Shown: positions 9,804-19,109 of the stretch, piece after piece
Layout of the letters: each line of letters begins with the position of its first letter
How positions within the stretch are numbered: the stretch's first letter is position 1
Assembly: GCA_023248955.1 (NCBI GenBank)
Contig: JAHFDP010000020.1
Span: 1-54,451, forward strand
Direction: 5' to 3'
Source: Deltaproteobacteria bacterium
Lineage (GTDB): Bacteria > Myxococcota > Myxococcia > Myxococcales > JAHFDP01
Length of the DNA stretch: 54,451 nt
Position numbers and translations under genes: made by a program
Notes under the pieces: model-generated
Database searches by the model: none
Told to the model about the DNA's origin: nothing
What the model saw: the letters and a program-made list of their open reading frames with translations, nothing else

Positions 9804-10034
9804 ATGCCCGAACGCGTCACCACCGTCGAGCAGTATGTTGAAAAAGTCGGACCGCATTTGATGCACGAGACTTACCGCGTCGACGACTTGCCCGGACGCT
9901 TGCTAGGCTTGGGTTGCAAGACGTGCGGTGGCGAGTGGCGGATCTCGATCAAGGATTTCAAGGCGACCGGGGACATTGCTGTGTACGAGCCCGCGGCAAA
10001 GAAATTTTTGCCCGAGGAAGAGAAGAAGAAATAG
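9804..10034 (+). CDS. Small conserved-looking hypothetical protein (76 aa), Lys/Glu-rich tail
   Basis: Strong SD AAGGAG 9-14 nt upstream of ATG. 'MPERVTTVEQYVEKVGPHLMHETYRVDDLPGRLLGLGCKTCGGEW...'. No family recognised. Confidence 0.45.
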   Translation: MPERVTTVEQYVEKVGPHLMHETYRVDDLPGRLLGLGCKTCGGEWRISIKDFKATGDIAVYEPAAKKFLPEEEKKK

Positions 10035-10040
10035 GAATCG

Positions 10041-10811
10041 TTACTGCGGCTTCACCGTAAGCCCCGCCACTTTTCTCGCGAGCGCGCGTGGCGCTACGGT
10101 TGCTCCGAACGCCAATATTTTCGAAATCGCACCCGGTATTCGAATCACGCGCCCGTCAAACGCGGCGTCGAGCGCCATGCGCACGACTGCATCCGGCTGC
10201 AGCATGGGACCGTGGCGCATGGTTCGCGTCGGGGAGGCCACCTGAAAAAATTCGGTATCGACCGGCCCCGGACAGAGCGCGGAAACGTGCACGCCGAGTG
10301 GTCGCATTTCTTCGGCGAGCGCCTCGGTGAACGAGAGCACGAAGGCTTTCGTCGCCGCATAAGTTGTCATGTAAGGCACCGGCTGAAACGCGGCCAGCGA
10401 GGCTACGTTGACGACGACGCCCTTTTTCCGCTCGGCCATCTTGGGTACGACTGCGCGGGTGAGCGCAACGAGCGATTCGCAGTTCAGCCGAATCTGGCCG
10501 AGCTCGCGGGCATCGTCCTGTTCGAGAAAATGGCCGTAGGTTCCATATCCCGCGTTGTTGACGAGCACGTTGACGTCGCCGAGGAGCTCGGCGCGCGCGC
10601 GCACCGTGGCGGCTGCGCCGTTCGCGGCGAGATCGAGCGGAAGCACCTCGACTTTGCGGTGATGCGTTTCGCGAATTTCGGCGGCCACTGTTTCGAGACG
10701 ATCCTGCCGCCGGGCGACGAGGAGAAGATCGTATCCTCGCGCCGCGAGCTGCCGCGCGAACTCCACGCCGATGCCGCTCGACGCGCCGGTGACGACAGCG
10801 ACGCCGCTCAT
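10041..10811 (-). CDS. Short-chain dehydrogenase/reductase (SDR)
   Basis: 'VAVVTGASSGIG' cofactor motif, 'NNAG', catalytic 'YAATKAF'. Overlaps pepP by 4 nt. Confidence 0.85.
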   Translation of the reverse strand: MSGVAVVTGASSGIGVEFARQLAARGYDLLLVARRQDRLETVAAEIRETHHRKVEVLPLDLAANGAAATVRARAELLGDVNVLVNNAGYGTYGHFLEQDDARELGQIRLNCESLVALTRAVVPKMAERKKGVVVNVASLAAFQPVPYMTTYAATKAFVLSFTEALAEEMRPLGVHVSALCPGPVDTEFFQVASPTRTMRHGPMLQPDAVVRMALDAAFDGRVIRIPGAISKILAFGATVAPRALARKVAGLTVKPQ

Positions 10812-12121
10812 CGCGACTGCACTTTGGTGAGATCCGCCACGGTTCTCGGAATCGCCGCGGTTAGATTTTCCGACCCAGAGGAAGTTACCAAAATGTCATC
10901 TTCGATTCGGATGCCGATCCCGCGGTATTTCTCGGGCGCGCTCGCCTCATCCGCGGCTACGTAGAGTCCCGGCTCGATGGTGAGCACCATGCCGGGCGCA
11001 AGTGGACGCGGTTTGCCTCCGACGTAGTAGGCGCCTGCGTCGTGCACATCCATGCCGAGCCAATGGCTGGTGCGGTGCATGTAATACTTTCGATAGCTTT
11101 TGTCTTCGATGCAAGAATCGATGGTGCCGCTCAAGAGACCGACGCGCAGCAGGCCTTCGATCAGGGCACGCGTACAAGCGTCGTGAATGCCGTCCAGCGT
11201 CGCGCCAGGACGAGTGAGCGCGATTCCGTGGTCAGCGGCCGCCAGCGTGATTTCATAGAGCTCCGACTGCGGTTTGGTGAAGCGTCCATTGACCGGAAAT
11301 GTGCGCGTGACGTCAGCGGTGTAAAAATCGAATTCCGCGCCGCTGTCGATGAGCAGCAGATCGCCGTCACGAAGCTCGGCGTTGTTCTCGTGGTAGTGCA
11401 GGATCGTCGCATTCGCGCCGGTAGCGACGATGGGATAGTAGCCCCAGCCGTAGACAGCGCCGCCCGCGCGGTAACGCTCCTCCAGCATCGCTTGCACTTG
11501 GTACTCGCGCAGGCCGGGCCGCGTACTGCGCATCGCCGCGAGATGCCCGTCTGCCGTCAGCGCCGCCGCGCGTCGAAGCGTGGCGACCTCCTCGGACGAT
11601 TTGATGAGCCGCATCTCGTGCAACAGCGCGCCTGGATCAACGATCGTGTCCGGCGGAATTTGGCCGGAGCGGCTGCGCATGCGCATCGTCGAGAGCACAC
11701 TTAGAACGCGTCGCTCGATCTCCGGATTGGTTCCACCGACGCGAAAGACAAATCGCTCCGCGTTGGAGAAGTAGGCGGGCAGTTTCGCGTCGAGCTCGCT
11801 CGTGGAAAACGCCGCGTTCGCGCCGAGCGCCTTCACCGCGCCTTCGACACCGAGGCGCCGTCCGGTCCACGTCTCCTGCTCCTTGTCGCGCGGTCGCAAG
11901 AAGAGCGTGAACGCATGCTCGGGATGCGCGGTCGAAAGAACGACCACGCTCTCCGGCTCTTCGCAGCCAGTCAGGTAGTGGACGTCGGAGTCTTGCCGGA
12001 AGTGATGCTCGACGTCGCTGTTGCGGCGCGCTTCCGGCGTCGAGGGAAAAATCGCCACGGCGTGCGGCCCCATGCGGCGCAAGAGTTCGGCGCGCCGTGA
12101 TGCAAAAATCGATTCGGACAT
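10808..12121 (-). CDS. pepP: Xaa-Pro aminopeptidase (M24B, PepP)
   Basis: N-terminal AMP_N region, 'DSGAEFDFYTADVTRTFPVNG', 'HRTSHWLGMDVHD', 'GMVLTIEPGLY', 'IRIEDDILVT'. Confidence 0.85.
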   Translation of the reverse strand: MSESIFASRRAELLRRMGPHAVAIFPSTPEARRNSDVEHHFRQDSDVHYLTGCEEPESVVVLSTAHPEHAFTLFLRPRDKEQETWTGRRLGVEGAVKALGANAAFSTSELDAKLPAYFSNAERFVFRVGGTNPEIERRVLSVLSTMRMRSRSGQIPPDTIVDPGALLHEMRLIKSSEEVATLRRAAALTADGHLAAMRSTRPGLREYQVQAMLEERYRAGGAVYGWGYYPIVATGANATILHYHENNAELRDGDLLLIDSGAEFDFYTADVTRTFPVNGRFTKPQSELYEITLAAADHGIALTRPGATLDGIHDACTRALIEGLLRVGLLSGTIDSCIEDKSYRKYYMHRTSHWLGMDVHDAGAYYVGGKPRPLAPGMVLTIEPGLYVAADEASAPEKYRGIGIRIEDDILVTSSGSENLTAAIPRTVADLTKVQSR

Positions 12122-12178
12122 GGTCTCGTTTTAGCAGGGTGGTCGGACGGAAACGAGGGCTCCCGTTTCGTTGCAAGC

Positions 12179-12487
12179 ATGGTTAAGGTTGCCCAAATGG
12201 CCGACACAATCCTGACTGAGAATGAAATAGACGCCGCACTGCGCGGACTTTCCGGATGGACTCGCATGGGCACGCGGACGTTGCGCAAGCAGTTCGCGCT
12301 CGGTGGATTCAAGGCGGCGCTGGCGTTCGTCAACACGGTGGGCGAGTTGGCGGAGCGCGCCGATCACCATCCCAACATCTTGATCGAGTACAGTACGGTG
12401 ACCGTGATGCTCAGCACGCACGACACCAATGGCGTAACCGCGCGCGACGTGCGATTGGCACGGCAGATCGAAGCCGCCTCGCAGTGA
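12179..12487 (+). CDS. Pterin-4a-carbinolamine dehydratase (PCD/DCoH)
   Basis: 'LSGW......L...F....F..ALAFVNTVGELAERADHHPNILIEYSTVTVMLSTHD'. The alternative ATG at 12197 (MADTIL...) is the more likely true start. Confidence 0.75.
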   Translation: MVKVAQMADTILTENEIDAALRGLSGWTRMGTRTLRKQFALGGFKAALAFVNTVGELAERADHHPNILIEYSTVTVMLSTHDTNGVTARDVRLARQIEAASQ

Positions 12488-12849
12488 CCGCGGAGTTCCG
12501 AAAACAGGCGCGCGCTGCTGCCGCGAAACCGGATGAGGCGTTGCTCGCCGAGTGTGAACTTGAATGGCGCACGGGAACCGGTCCCGGTGGTCAAAATCGA
12601 AACAAAGTAGCGGCGACCGTCCGCCTGACGCACTTGCCGAGTGGCGTGGTTGTCACCGGGCAAGATCAACGTGGGCGGTCGCAGAACCTTGGACGCGCAA
12701 TGGAACGGTTGCGCGAACGACTTACGGCTCTGGGGCGCGAGCCGATTCCGAGGCGACCAACACGGCCGACCAGGTCCTCGAAGGAGCGGCGCATTGGCGA
12801 GAAGAAGCATGCCGCTGCGAAAAGGGCCGATCGCAAGCGCTTCGATTGA
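12484..12849 (+). CDS. arfB: Peptidyl-tRNA hydrolase ArfB (class-I release-factor GGQ domain)
   Basis: 'TGTGPGGQNRNKV...VRLTHLPSGVVVTGQDQRGRSQNLGRAMERL' followed by a basic C-terminal tail. GTG start overlaps the PCD stop (GTGA). Confidence 0.65.
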   Translation: MTAEFRKQARAAAAKPDEALLAECELEWRTGTGPGGQNRNKVAATVRLTHLPSGVVVTGQDQRGRSQNLGRAMERLRERLTALGREPIPRRPTRPTRSSKERRIGEKKHAAAKRADRKRFD

Positions 12850-12897
12850 TCGCGAGAGTCATGCACTAAAGTGCATTAAATGTTATCGATATATGTA

Positions 12898-15354
12898 TTA
12901 AAGTGCAGGCAGTAAAAGTGTGAACGTCGTGCCCACTCCGGACACTGTTTCTAGCGCTATGGTTCCGCCGCAATCCTCGATAAGGCCCTTCACGATCGGC
13001 AGCCCAAGTCCGGTGCCGCGTCCCGAGGACTTGGTTGTAAAGTAGGGTTCGAAGGCACGTGCCGCCGTGACGGCGTCCATCCCTTGTCCGTTGTCTCGAA
13101 TGGTGCAGAAAACGGTTGTTTCCTCGAGCCGGGTCGTCACCTCCACGCGCCCTCCGGCCGAGACAGCGTCCGCGGCATTGGAGATGAGGTTGACGAAGAC
13201 GCGGACGAGGTCGGTGGCATTCGCTCGGACCCGGAGCGGCCCTGGTTCAAGCGTCCGGACAATTTGGATGTGACGGTCGACTAGGACGTGATCGCAAAAA
13301 CGGAGCGCTTGTTCGAGGGCGGCGTGTACTTCGCCGCCGCCATCGCCTTCTCGCGGCGGCCTGGCCGACTGCATCACTTGGCGCGAGAGCTTGAGCACAT
13401 GCTCGGACGCCTCGGCGATGTTGCGTAGTTTCGCGGCCAGCGCTGGGTCGCTCGTTTCTTGCCGGGCCAGCGACTCCGCTTGCAACGCAACCGTGGTGAG
13501 CGGGCTCGTCATCTCGTGAGCGGCCCGCGCGAGCCGATCCTCGGAGGATCGCAACGCACGCAATGCCGTCGCGGCCTGGTTGGCGATCTGAAGGAGTGCA
13601 GGCTCCGCGCGCAGCAGCGCATCGTCCTGAGCGGTGGTGCTCTCGACCGTGATGAGACCGTAAAGCGCACCACCGGCCACCAGCGGCACCACGAGCGACT
13701 GCACGCTTCCTTCAAACGCTGGCGGCAATGGTGTCACGAAATGAAGTCGATCCGCTGGCAGCCGCGCCAGATCGAGGCGGAGCCGCTCCGCAGAGGAGGG
13801 TTTGAGGGCCAGCCGCCCGCGGCCCTCCGGCAGGACGGGGCCGATCGAACGCTCTGCGGCCACCGTCAACGTCTGCGGATCGAGAATCCGAATCAGCAAG
13901 CAGTGGCCCGAATAGAGCTCGCGCATGGTACGAAAAACCGCATCAATAATTTCGTCAGGCGTGGCGAACGCATTGAGCTCGCGGCCCAGTGACACCACCA
14001 GCTCCGCAACGCGGCCGGCGTCGAAGGGTTCCGCTAGCGCGGCCACAAAAGCACCGCGCTCGACGAGACGAACGCGAATGGCACCGGTGGTGTGCAATGC
14101 CTCATAGCTTGCTTCGCCGCTCTCGCGCAGCGGAGGAAGGGCGCCGCGCTTAGCGGGAAGAACTTCGACCAACGGTCGTTGAACGAGATGTGCGGCCGGC
14201 GTTCCTAGGATCTCGGCGAAGCGTTCATTGACCGCGACGATGGTGAGTGTGTGATCGCACAGAGCCGCGGCGGCCGGGAGCGTGCGAAGGACGTGCTCGG
14301 CGCCGACGTTTGGAGCGGGAGTCGCCGACCGCTCGACGTCGAGAATGACTTTGCCTTGGACGTAGTCTTTGGTCTCCACGCGCGTGATGCTGGCGATCTT
14401 GCGCAGCAGCGTGCGCATGGTTTCCGCCGCTTCCCGGATCGCAGCCACGGTGTGGCGGTTGCGATCGCTCTCGTCGAGACGGCTCTCCAGAAGTTCCGCA
14501 AATCCGAGCACTGTGGTGAGCGGCTGATTGAGCTCGTGCGCGGTCGCCCCCGCCAGTGCCGTGACCGCCGCGCGTTTCTGCGCTTCGATCAGATCTTTTT
14601 GCGCCGCTTCCAGTGCTGCATCGATGCGCTTTCGTTCTCGCAAATCGGTGAAGATGGCTACGGTCGCCACTTCGCGTCCGCCGGCGGAAACGATGGCCGC
14701 CGAGAGGCGTACGGGAATGTGCTCGCCAGAAGCCCCGAGAAGCTCCACACCGAGCGGCGTTAGCCGGCCGAGCCCGCCATGTTCTTGCGAGCGTAAGAGC
14801 CGCATGATCTCTTCGGCCTGCCCACCGGGATAAAACTCGCCGACAAAGTGACCGCGCACGTGAGCGGCCGAAAATCCGGTGATGCGTTCGGCACCGTTGT
14901 TGAAGAGGAGAATGCGCCCCGCCATGTCGCAAGCGGCGATTCCGTCGACGGAGCTGTCGATGAGCCGCTCGAGAAATTCTTTGGTCTCGCGGAGCTCGGC
15001 CGCCACCGTGCGTTCTTCCGTGACGTCTCGCAGCGTGACGAGCGTGCGGTTCGCCGGAGCATGCAGTGACGTCGTGCCAACAGAAAGCGTACGTCGACTT
15101 GTGCCGGCTTCGATTTCGAGATCGGCCGAAAGGATGCGACTCCCGCGCTCAATTTCACGCAGCAGCAGTGCGGCCCGCGCGCGATCCGTCGGTCGCACCA
15201 GTTGCGTGAACGGACGCTGAAGGGCAGTTGGAAGATCGGCGCCGAGGAGTTTTGCACCCGCTGGATTGAGAAAGAGGACGACGCCACGTTCGTCCAACAC
15301 AACCACGCCCATATCGACGCAGTTGAAGATGTCTTCAAAGGAGAGCTCGGGCAT
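12898..15354 (-). CDS. Multi-sensor histidine kinase (PAS/GAF repeats, HisKA, HATPase_c)
   Basis: Several PAS-like blocks, H-box 'ATAHELNQPLTTVLGF' and a second 'AAHEMTSPLTTV', C-terminal ATPase 'NLISNAADA...DNGQGM...GTGLGLPIV'. No adjacent response regulator. Confidence 0.85.
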   Translation of the reverse strand: MPELSFEDIFNCVDMGVVVLDERGVVLFLNPAGAKLLGADLPTALQRPFTQLVRPTDRARAALLLREIERGSRILSADLEIEAGTSRRTLSVGTTSLHAPANRTLVTLRDVTEERTVAAELRETKEFLERLIDSSVDGIAACDMAGRILLFNNGAERITGFSAAHVRGHFVGEFYPGGQAEEIMRLLRSQEHGGLGRLTPLGVELLGASGEHIPVRLSAAIVSAGGREVATVAIFTDLRERKRIDAALEAAQKDLIEAQKRAAVTALAGATAHELNQPLTTVLGFAELLESRLDESDRNRHTVAAIREAAETMRTLLRKIASITRVETKDYVQGKVILDVERSATPAPNVGAEHVLRTLPAAAALCDHTLTIVAVNERFAEILGTPAAHLVQRPLVEVLPAKRGALPPLRESGEASYEALHTTGAIRVRLVERGAFVAALAEPFDAGRVAELVVSLGRELNAFATPDEIIDAVFRTMRELYSGHCLLIRILDPQTLTVAAERSIGPVLPEGRGRLALKPSSAERLRLDLARLPADRLHFVTPLPPAFEGSVQSLVVPLVAGGALYGLITVESTTAQDDALLRAEPALLQIANQAATALRALRSSEDRLARAAHEMTSPLTTVALQAESLARQETSDPALAAKLRNIAEASEHVLKLSRQVMQSARPPREGDGGGEVHAALEQALRFCDHVLVDRHIQIVRTLEPGPLRVRANATDLVRVFVNLISNAADAVSAGGRVEVTTRLEETTVFCTIRDNGQGMDAVTAARAFEPYFTTKSSGRGTGLGLPIVKGLIEDCGGTIALETVSGVGTTFTLLLPAL

Positions 15355-15367
15355 CGTATTCGGTTCG

Positions 15368-16525
15368 CTATCGATTGTAATACGCGGCTAACGCGGCGGC
15401 TTGGACCGCCTGTACGGAAACGCCGCAGGCTCTAGAACGCGCGGCACAGTCTTCGAATTCGGGAAGCGCGTGCCAGGCCTCGCCCGCGTGGCTCCCAACC
15501 TTCACGCGAATCGTACCGTATTTCGTCTCGACGGCGACGAAGCTGCGCTCGAGTACTTCGCGTTCGACGCGCACCACGCGGACCCCGAGCGTTGTGGTCT
15601 CTTTGAGGAGCGTGCGAATCACCGCGTCGCGTGCCCCAAAAGAACAGAGCGCGGAAAGAACGTGACCGGGCCGGCCTTTTTTCATCAGCGCGGGCGTGAT
15701 CCAGGCATCGATTGCACCGTTCGCAAAAACCGCCTCTTGTGCGGACGCCAAAAGCTGCGGCGAGAGATCGTCGAAATTCGCTTCAACGATCAACGCGCCC
15801 TCTTGCTGTGACGAGGTGCGACCGATCACGGCGCGGACAAAGTTCGGAGCATCCGTCCATTCACGCGTACCGAGTCCATAGCCGATCCGATCCACGATCA
15901 GCTCAGGTTGTGCATCCACTTCCTCAAAGAGCGCGGCGAGCAACGCGGCGCCCGTGGGCGTGGTGCGTTCACCGGGACCGGACGGCCTCATGCGCCGGCC
16001 TTTCATCAGTTCGAGCGTGGCCGGCGCGGGAATAGGAATCTTGCCGTGCATCGAATCGGTAGTTCCACTTCCCGACGGCGGTGGCATGGCGAAGCGGCGC
16101 TGGACGCCGAGCGCATCGATCAGAATCGCTGCGCCCACCATGTCGACGATGGAATCGACTGCGCCGACTTCGTGGAAATGCACGTCGTCAACGGGCTTTC
16201 GATGAACGGTCGCTTCGGCGATCGCAAGACGTTCGAACGCTTGCAAAGCGAGGTGTCGCGCGCCGTTGGGAAGTGCCGCGTTTTCGAGCAGCGAGCGGAT
16301 GGAACTCCAGGCGCGCTCATGAGGTTGCGAACCTACCGGACGCACCTCCACGTGCGTGCCCGCGATGCCGGACCGGTAATCTGCTTTCACGCTCAGCGAA
16401 AAACCGAGCGAACCTAGCGCGGCCAAGCCGCTGTCGAGCGCTTCGCGTGGCGCTCCCAAATCAAGCAGCGCCGCGATGAGCATGTCACCAGCAATGCCTC
16501 CCACGGGATCGAGGAAAAGGATCAC
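15368..16525 (-). CDS. larC: Nickel-pincer cofactor biosynthesis protein LarC (DUF111)
   Basis: 'ILFLDPVGGIAGDMLIAALLDLGAP...HVEV......VDDVHFHEVGAVDSIVDMVGAA'. The GTG start was chosen just after the larB stop; the longest ORF (to 16669) overlaps larB. Confidence 0.7.
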   Translation of the reverse strand: MILFLDPVGGIAGDMLIAALLDLGAPREALDSGLAALGSLGFSLSVKADYRSGIAGTHVEVRPVGSQPHERAWSSIRSLLENAALPNGARHLALQAFERLAIAEATVHRKPVDDVHFHEVGAVDSIVDMVGAAILIDALGVQRRFAMPPPSGSGTTDSMHGKIPIPAPATLELMKGRRMRPSGPGERTTPTGAALLAALFEEVDAQPELIVDRIGYGLGTREWTDAPNFVRAVIGRTSSQQEGALIVEANFDDLSPQLLASAQEAVFANGAIDAWITPALMKKGRPGHVLSALCSFGARDAVIRTLLKETTTLGVRVVRVEREVLERSFVAVETKYGTIRVKVGSHAGEAWHALPEFEDCAARSRACGVSVQAVQAAALAAYYNR

Positions 16526-16532
16526 TTCAGTG

Positions 16533-17279
16533 TCACTTTCGGGCGATGAGTGCTGCGTAAAAGCCGGCGCCAAATCCGTTGTCGATGTTGACCACGGCGA
16601 CGTTCGACGCGCACGAATTGAGCATGCCAAGCAGTGCCGCGATGCCGCCGAACGACGCGCCGTAACCAACGCTCGTCGGAACCGCGATCACGGGCCGCGC
16701 CAAGAGTCCGCCAACAACTGTCGGTAACGCGCCCTCCATCCCCGCGCAAACCACGATCGCGGCGCATTCCGCCATCGCCTCGCGTTTTGCCAAGACTCGG
16801 TGCAGCCCAGCGACGCCGACATCGTAAATGCGTTTCACGTGCGCGCCGCAAAACTCCGCCGTGATCGCGGCCTCCTCCGCCACGGGAATGTCGCTGGTTC
16901 CCGCGCACACGATCCCCACGGGTCCGCGCATGGCTGGCGTTTTGCCGCGACGACGGACGAATATTTTGGCAATTGGTTCGTACCTTCCCTCGGGGCACGC
17001 CGCTTGGACGGGGCCGACGTTTGCAGCTTCGAGCCGCGTCACCAACACGCCTTGCCCAAGGCGAGAAAGCTCGGTCACGATTCCGGCCACTTGATCGGGC
17101 GTTTTTCCAGCCGCGTAAACGACTTCCGCCACGCCTTGCCGAATGGCGCGATGTCCGTCGACGGTGGCGTAGCCGAGATCGCGTGCGGGCAAAGCGGCGA
17201 TCGCGCGCGCGGCCGCGTCCACCGTGGTTTTGCCGCGGCGGACATTGGAGAGCAAAAGGCGCAACGCTTGTGCGTCCAT
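16533..17279 (-). CDS. larB: Pyridinium-3,5-biscarboxylic acid mononucleotide synthase LarB (PurE-like)
   Basis: 'LGYATVDGHRAIRQGVAEVVYAAGKT', 'VGIVCAGTSDIPVAEEA', 'VVCAGMEGALPTVVGGL...PVIAVPTSVGYG'. Confidence 0.75.
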   Translation of the reverse strand: MDAQALRLLLSNVRRGKTTVDAAARAIAALPARDLGYATVDGHRAIRQGVAEVVYAAGKTPDQVAGIVTELSRLGQGVLVTRLEAANVGPVQAACPEGRYEPIAKIFVRRRGKTPAMRGPVGIVCAGTSDIPVAEEAAITAEFCGAHVKRIYDVGVAGLHRVLAKREAMAECAAIVVCAGMEGALPTVVGGLLARPVIAVPTSVGYGASFGGIAALLGMLNSCASNVAVVNIDNGFGAGFYAALIARK

Positions 17280-17310
17280 CAGGCACGCACCATAACAAAG
17301 GACTTCACTT

Positions 17311-17826
17311 TTAGAGCGGCCGGCCGGTCACGGTGTACGAAATGGAGCACGGCATTTGGCAGCCACAGCCACCGTCGGAGTTGTTGAAACTGGCGTCGAA
17401 TCCATCCGCCAAGATGCCAGAGAGCGCGACGAACGGCGCATCGGGAATTCCGCCATCGCGATCGCGCGCGCGTTCGAGATCAGCGGAGAGGCGCTCGCTA
17501 ATGTCAACGAGACAGGTACAGCCGGGCACACCCGGAAACTTGGGGACGGCGCTGGTGACTTCGAGATGATCGCTGGTGAGCGTTGCGGCGCGCGGCTTCT
17601 GGCCTTGCAGCGTAAAAAAAACGTTTTGTTTATTGTCGAGAGAAAGTGTGGCCGTGGTGTCGGCGATGCCACCGCCACCGGCAATGAAGGCGCCGTCCGC
17701 CATATCGCAAGCGTTGCCACCGTCACGTGGATCGAAGTGAAGTGAAAAAGCGCCGAGCGCGGTTCCCGGAAACGCGGTCTGCGCGCAGGCAGCGGTGGAA
17801 AGCAGCAACACGGCGAGGGAGCGCAC
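17311..17826 (-). CDS. Secreted hypothetical protein with paired cysteines
   Basis: Signal peptide MRSLAVLLLSTAACAQT. Cys-containing motifs 'GVPGCTCLVD' and 'GGCGCQMPCS'. Confidence 0.45.
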   Translation of the reverse strand: MRSLAVLLLSTAACAQTAFPGTALGAFSLHFDPRDGGNACDMADGAFIAGGGGIADTTATLSLDNKQNVFFTLQGQKPRAATLTSDHLEVTSAVPKFPGVPGCTCLVDISERLSADLERARDRDGGIPDAPFVALSGILADGFDASFNNSDGGCGCQMPCSISYTVTGRPL

Positions 17827-17895
17827 ACTTCGAAATTACCACGCGCGTGTTCTCGCCGGTTGACGTCTGGGTGTCGCTGTCCGAAGCTGCCGCGC

Positions 17896-18066
17896 ATGGA
17901 ATCGCTGGTTGGCTTCGGCTGGAAAATCATCGCGGTGTTGGCGCTCTTCACGATCGTGTTCGGACTGCGTCGCGCGGGCAGTGGCGCCGAGCTCAATGTC
18001 GGTGCGCGCAGTCGCGAACGGCGACGCGAACGGCGCCAGGCCCGACGCGCCAGCCAGCAAACTTAA
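17896..18066 (+). CDS. Small single-TM membrane protein (weak TatA/E-like pattern)
   Basis: 'MESLVGFGWKIIAVLALFTIVFGLRRAGSGAELNVG' is a TM helix plus an FG hinge, followed by an Arg-rich tail. Weak. Confidence 0.25.
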   Translation: MESLVGFGWKIIAVLALFTIVFGLRRAGSGAELNVGARSRERRRERRQARRASQQT

Positions 18067-18777
18067 ATGGCCTACGACGAAGTTCTTCTCGAACGTCGCG
18101 CACAGATCGCTCGCGCGGCGCGCGTAAGCGAAAAGGACGCCACGCCGTCGATTCGCAACCTCGCGCAAACGCTGACCAGCGGCCGCGCTGCGGTTGTGGT
18201 GCCGGTGCTCAACGCTGCCTTTTCACTCTGGGGCGCGACCGAAAGTTGGGACGCGGAATCCGTGGCGAAAGTGACGGCGGAATTCGACGACGCCGAAGCA
18301 CCGGCGCAGGCTTTGTGCATTGGTGATCGCCACGACTTGTTGGCGCAAGCTTCGCGTGCAGCGGGATCGTTGCCGCTCTTGCGTGCCGATTTGTTGCTCG
18401 AGGAGCACGAAGTTTTTGCATCGCGTGCGCTAGGTGCCGATGGTGTTTTGTTTCTCGCTTCGGCGCTTGGCGCGCAGCTTTCTCGTTGTGTTCGAGCCGC
18501 GCGTGCCACGCACATGTTGCCGGTGGTGCTCGTCACATCACCGGAAGAGTGCAGTGCGGCACAGTCCGCCGGAGCGGGCGCGGTAGCCTTCGATCTTCGC
18601 GCGGACGTCGCCTCGCTCTTTCCGCTGATTCCCGCGCGTGCGCTTGGAGTTGGATTGCTGTTTGGCGAAAGCAGCCGCGCTGAACTTGCGCGCTACGAGG
18701 GAAAACTCGACGCCGTGCTGGCCGTCGCCGGTGCAGTCGATCCGGTCGCGGCATGGCGGCGCTTAGCCGAGGGTTAA
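18067..18777 (+). CDS. Indole-3-glycerol-phosphate synthase (TrpC)-like TIM-barrel protein, catalytic residues not conserved
   Basis: By-eye alignment to IGPS: 'PLLRADLLLEEHEVFASRALGADGVLFLASAL' against '[32 protein letters not shown]', and 'LPVVLVTSPEE' against 'GVLTEVSNEEE'. The catalytic Lys, Glu and Asn positions are substituted. Confidence 0.5.
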   Translation: MAYDEVLLERRAQIARAARVSEKDATPSIRNLAQTLTSGRAAVVVPVLNAAFSLWGATESWDAESVAKVTAEFDDAEAPAQALCIGDRHDLLAQASRAAGSLPLLRADLLLEEHEVFASRALGADGVLFLASALGAQLSRCVRAARATHMLPVVLVTSPEECSAAQSAGAGAVAFDLRADVASLFPLIPARALGVGLLFGESSRAELARYEGKLDAVLAVAGAVDPVAAWRRLAEG

Positions 18778-18784
18778 ACTAAAG

Positions 18785-19108
18785 ATGCCGCGATTCACAC
18801 GTCACGTTTTCATTTGCACCAACGAACGCGATCCCGACAATCCAAAGGGATGTTGCGCGGCAAAAGGTGGTCGCGAGGTGCAAGCGCGTTTGAAGGAGCT
18901 CGTTCACGATCGTGGGCTCAAAGGAAAAGTGCGCGCCAACGCCGCGGGGTGCCTCGATGCGTGCGAGCACGGCGTGGCCGTTGTCGTTTATCCGGAACAG
19001 GTCTGGTACGGCGGCGTGACGCCGGCGGATGTGGCGGAGATCGTGGAGTCGCATCTCGAGGGCGGACGGCCCGTCGAACGGCTGCGCATCAAAAATTATC
19101 CGCGGTAA
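18785..19108 (+). CDS. Thioredoxin-like [2Fe-2S] ferredoxin
   Basis: 'RHVFICTNERD...GCCAAKGG' and 'AAGCLDACEHGVAVVVYPEQVWYGGVTPADV', the four-Cys pattern of NuoE-like 2Fe-2S ferredoxins. Confidence 0.75.
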   Translation: MPRFTRHVFICTNERDPDNPKGCCAAKGGREVQARLKELVHDRGLKGKVRANAAGCLDACEHGVAVVVYPEQVWYGGVTPADVAEIVESHLEGGRPVERLRIKNYPR

Positions 19109-19109
19109 T

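Noticed and set aside
12256-12483. N-terminal 76 codons of the 197-aa ORF overlapping the PCD gene
   Set aside because: They overlap a well-supported gene in another frame. The ArfB homology begins only after the PCD stop, so the GTG at 12484 was used as start.
16522-17298. 258-aa Arg-rich minus-strand ORF overlapping larB in another frame
   Set aside because: Arginine/glycine low complexity. larB in the adjacent frame has clear PurE-like motifs.
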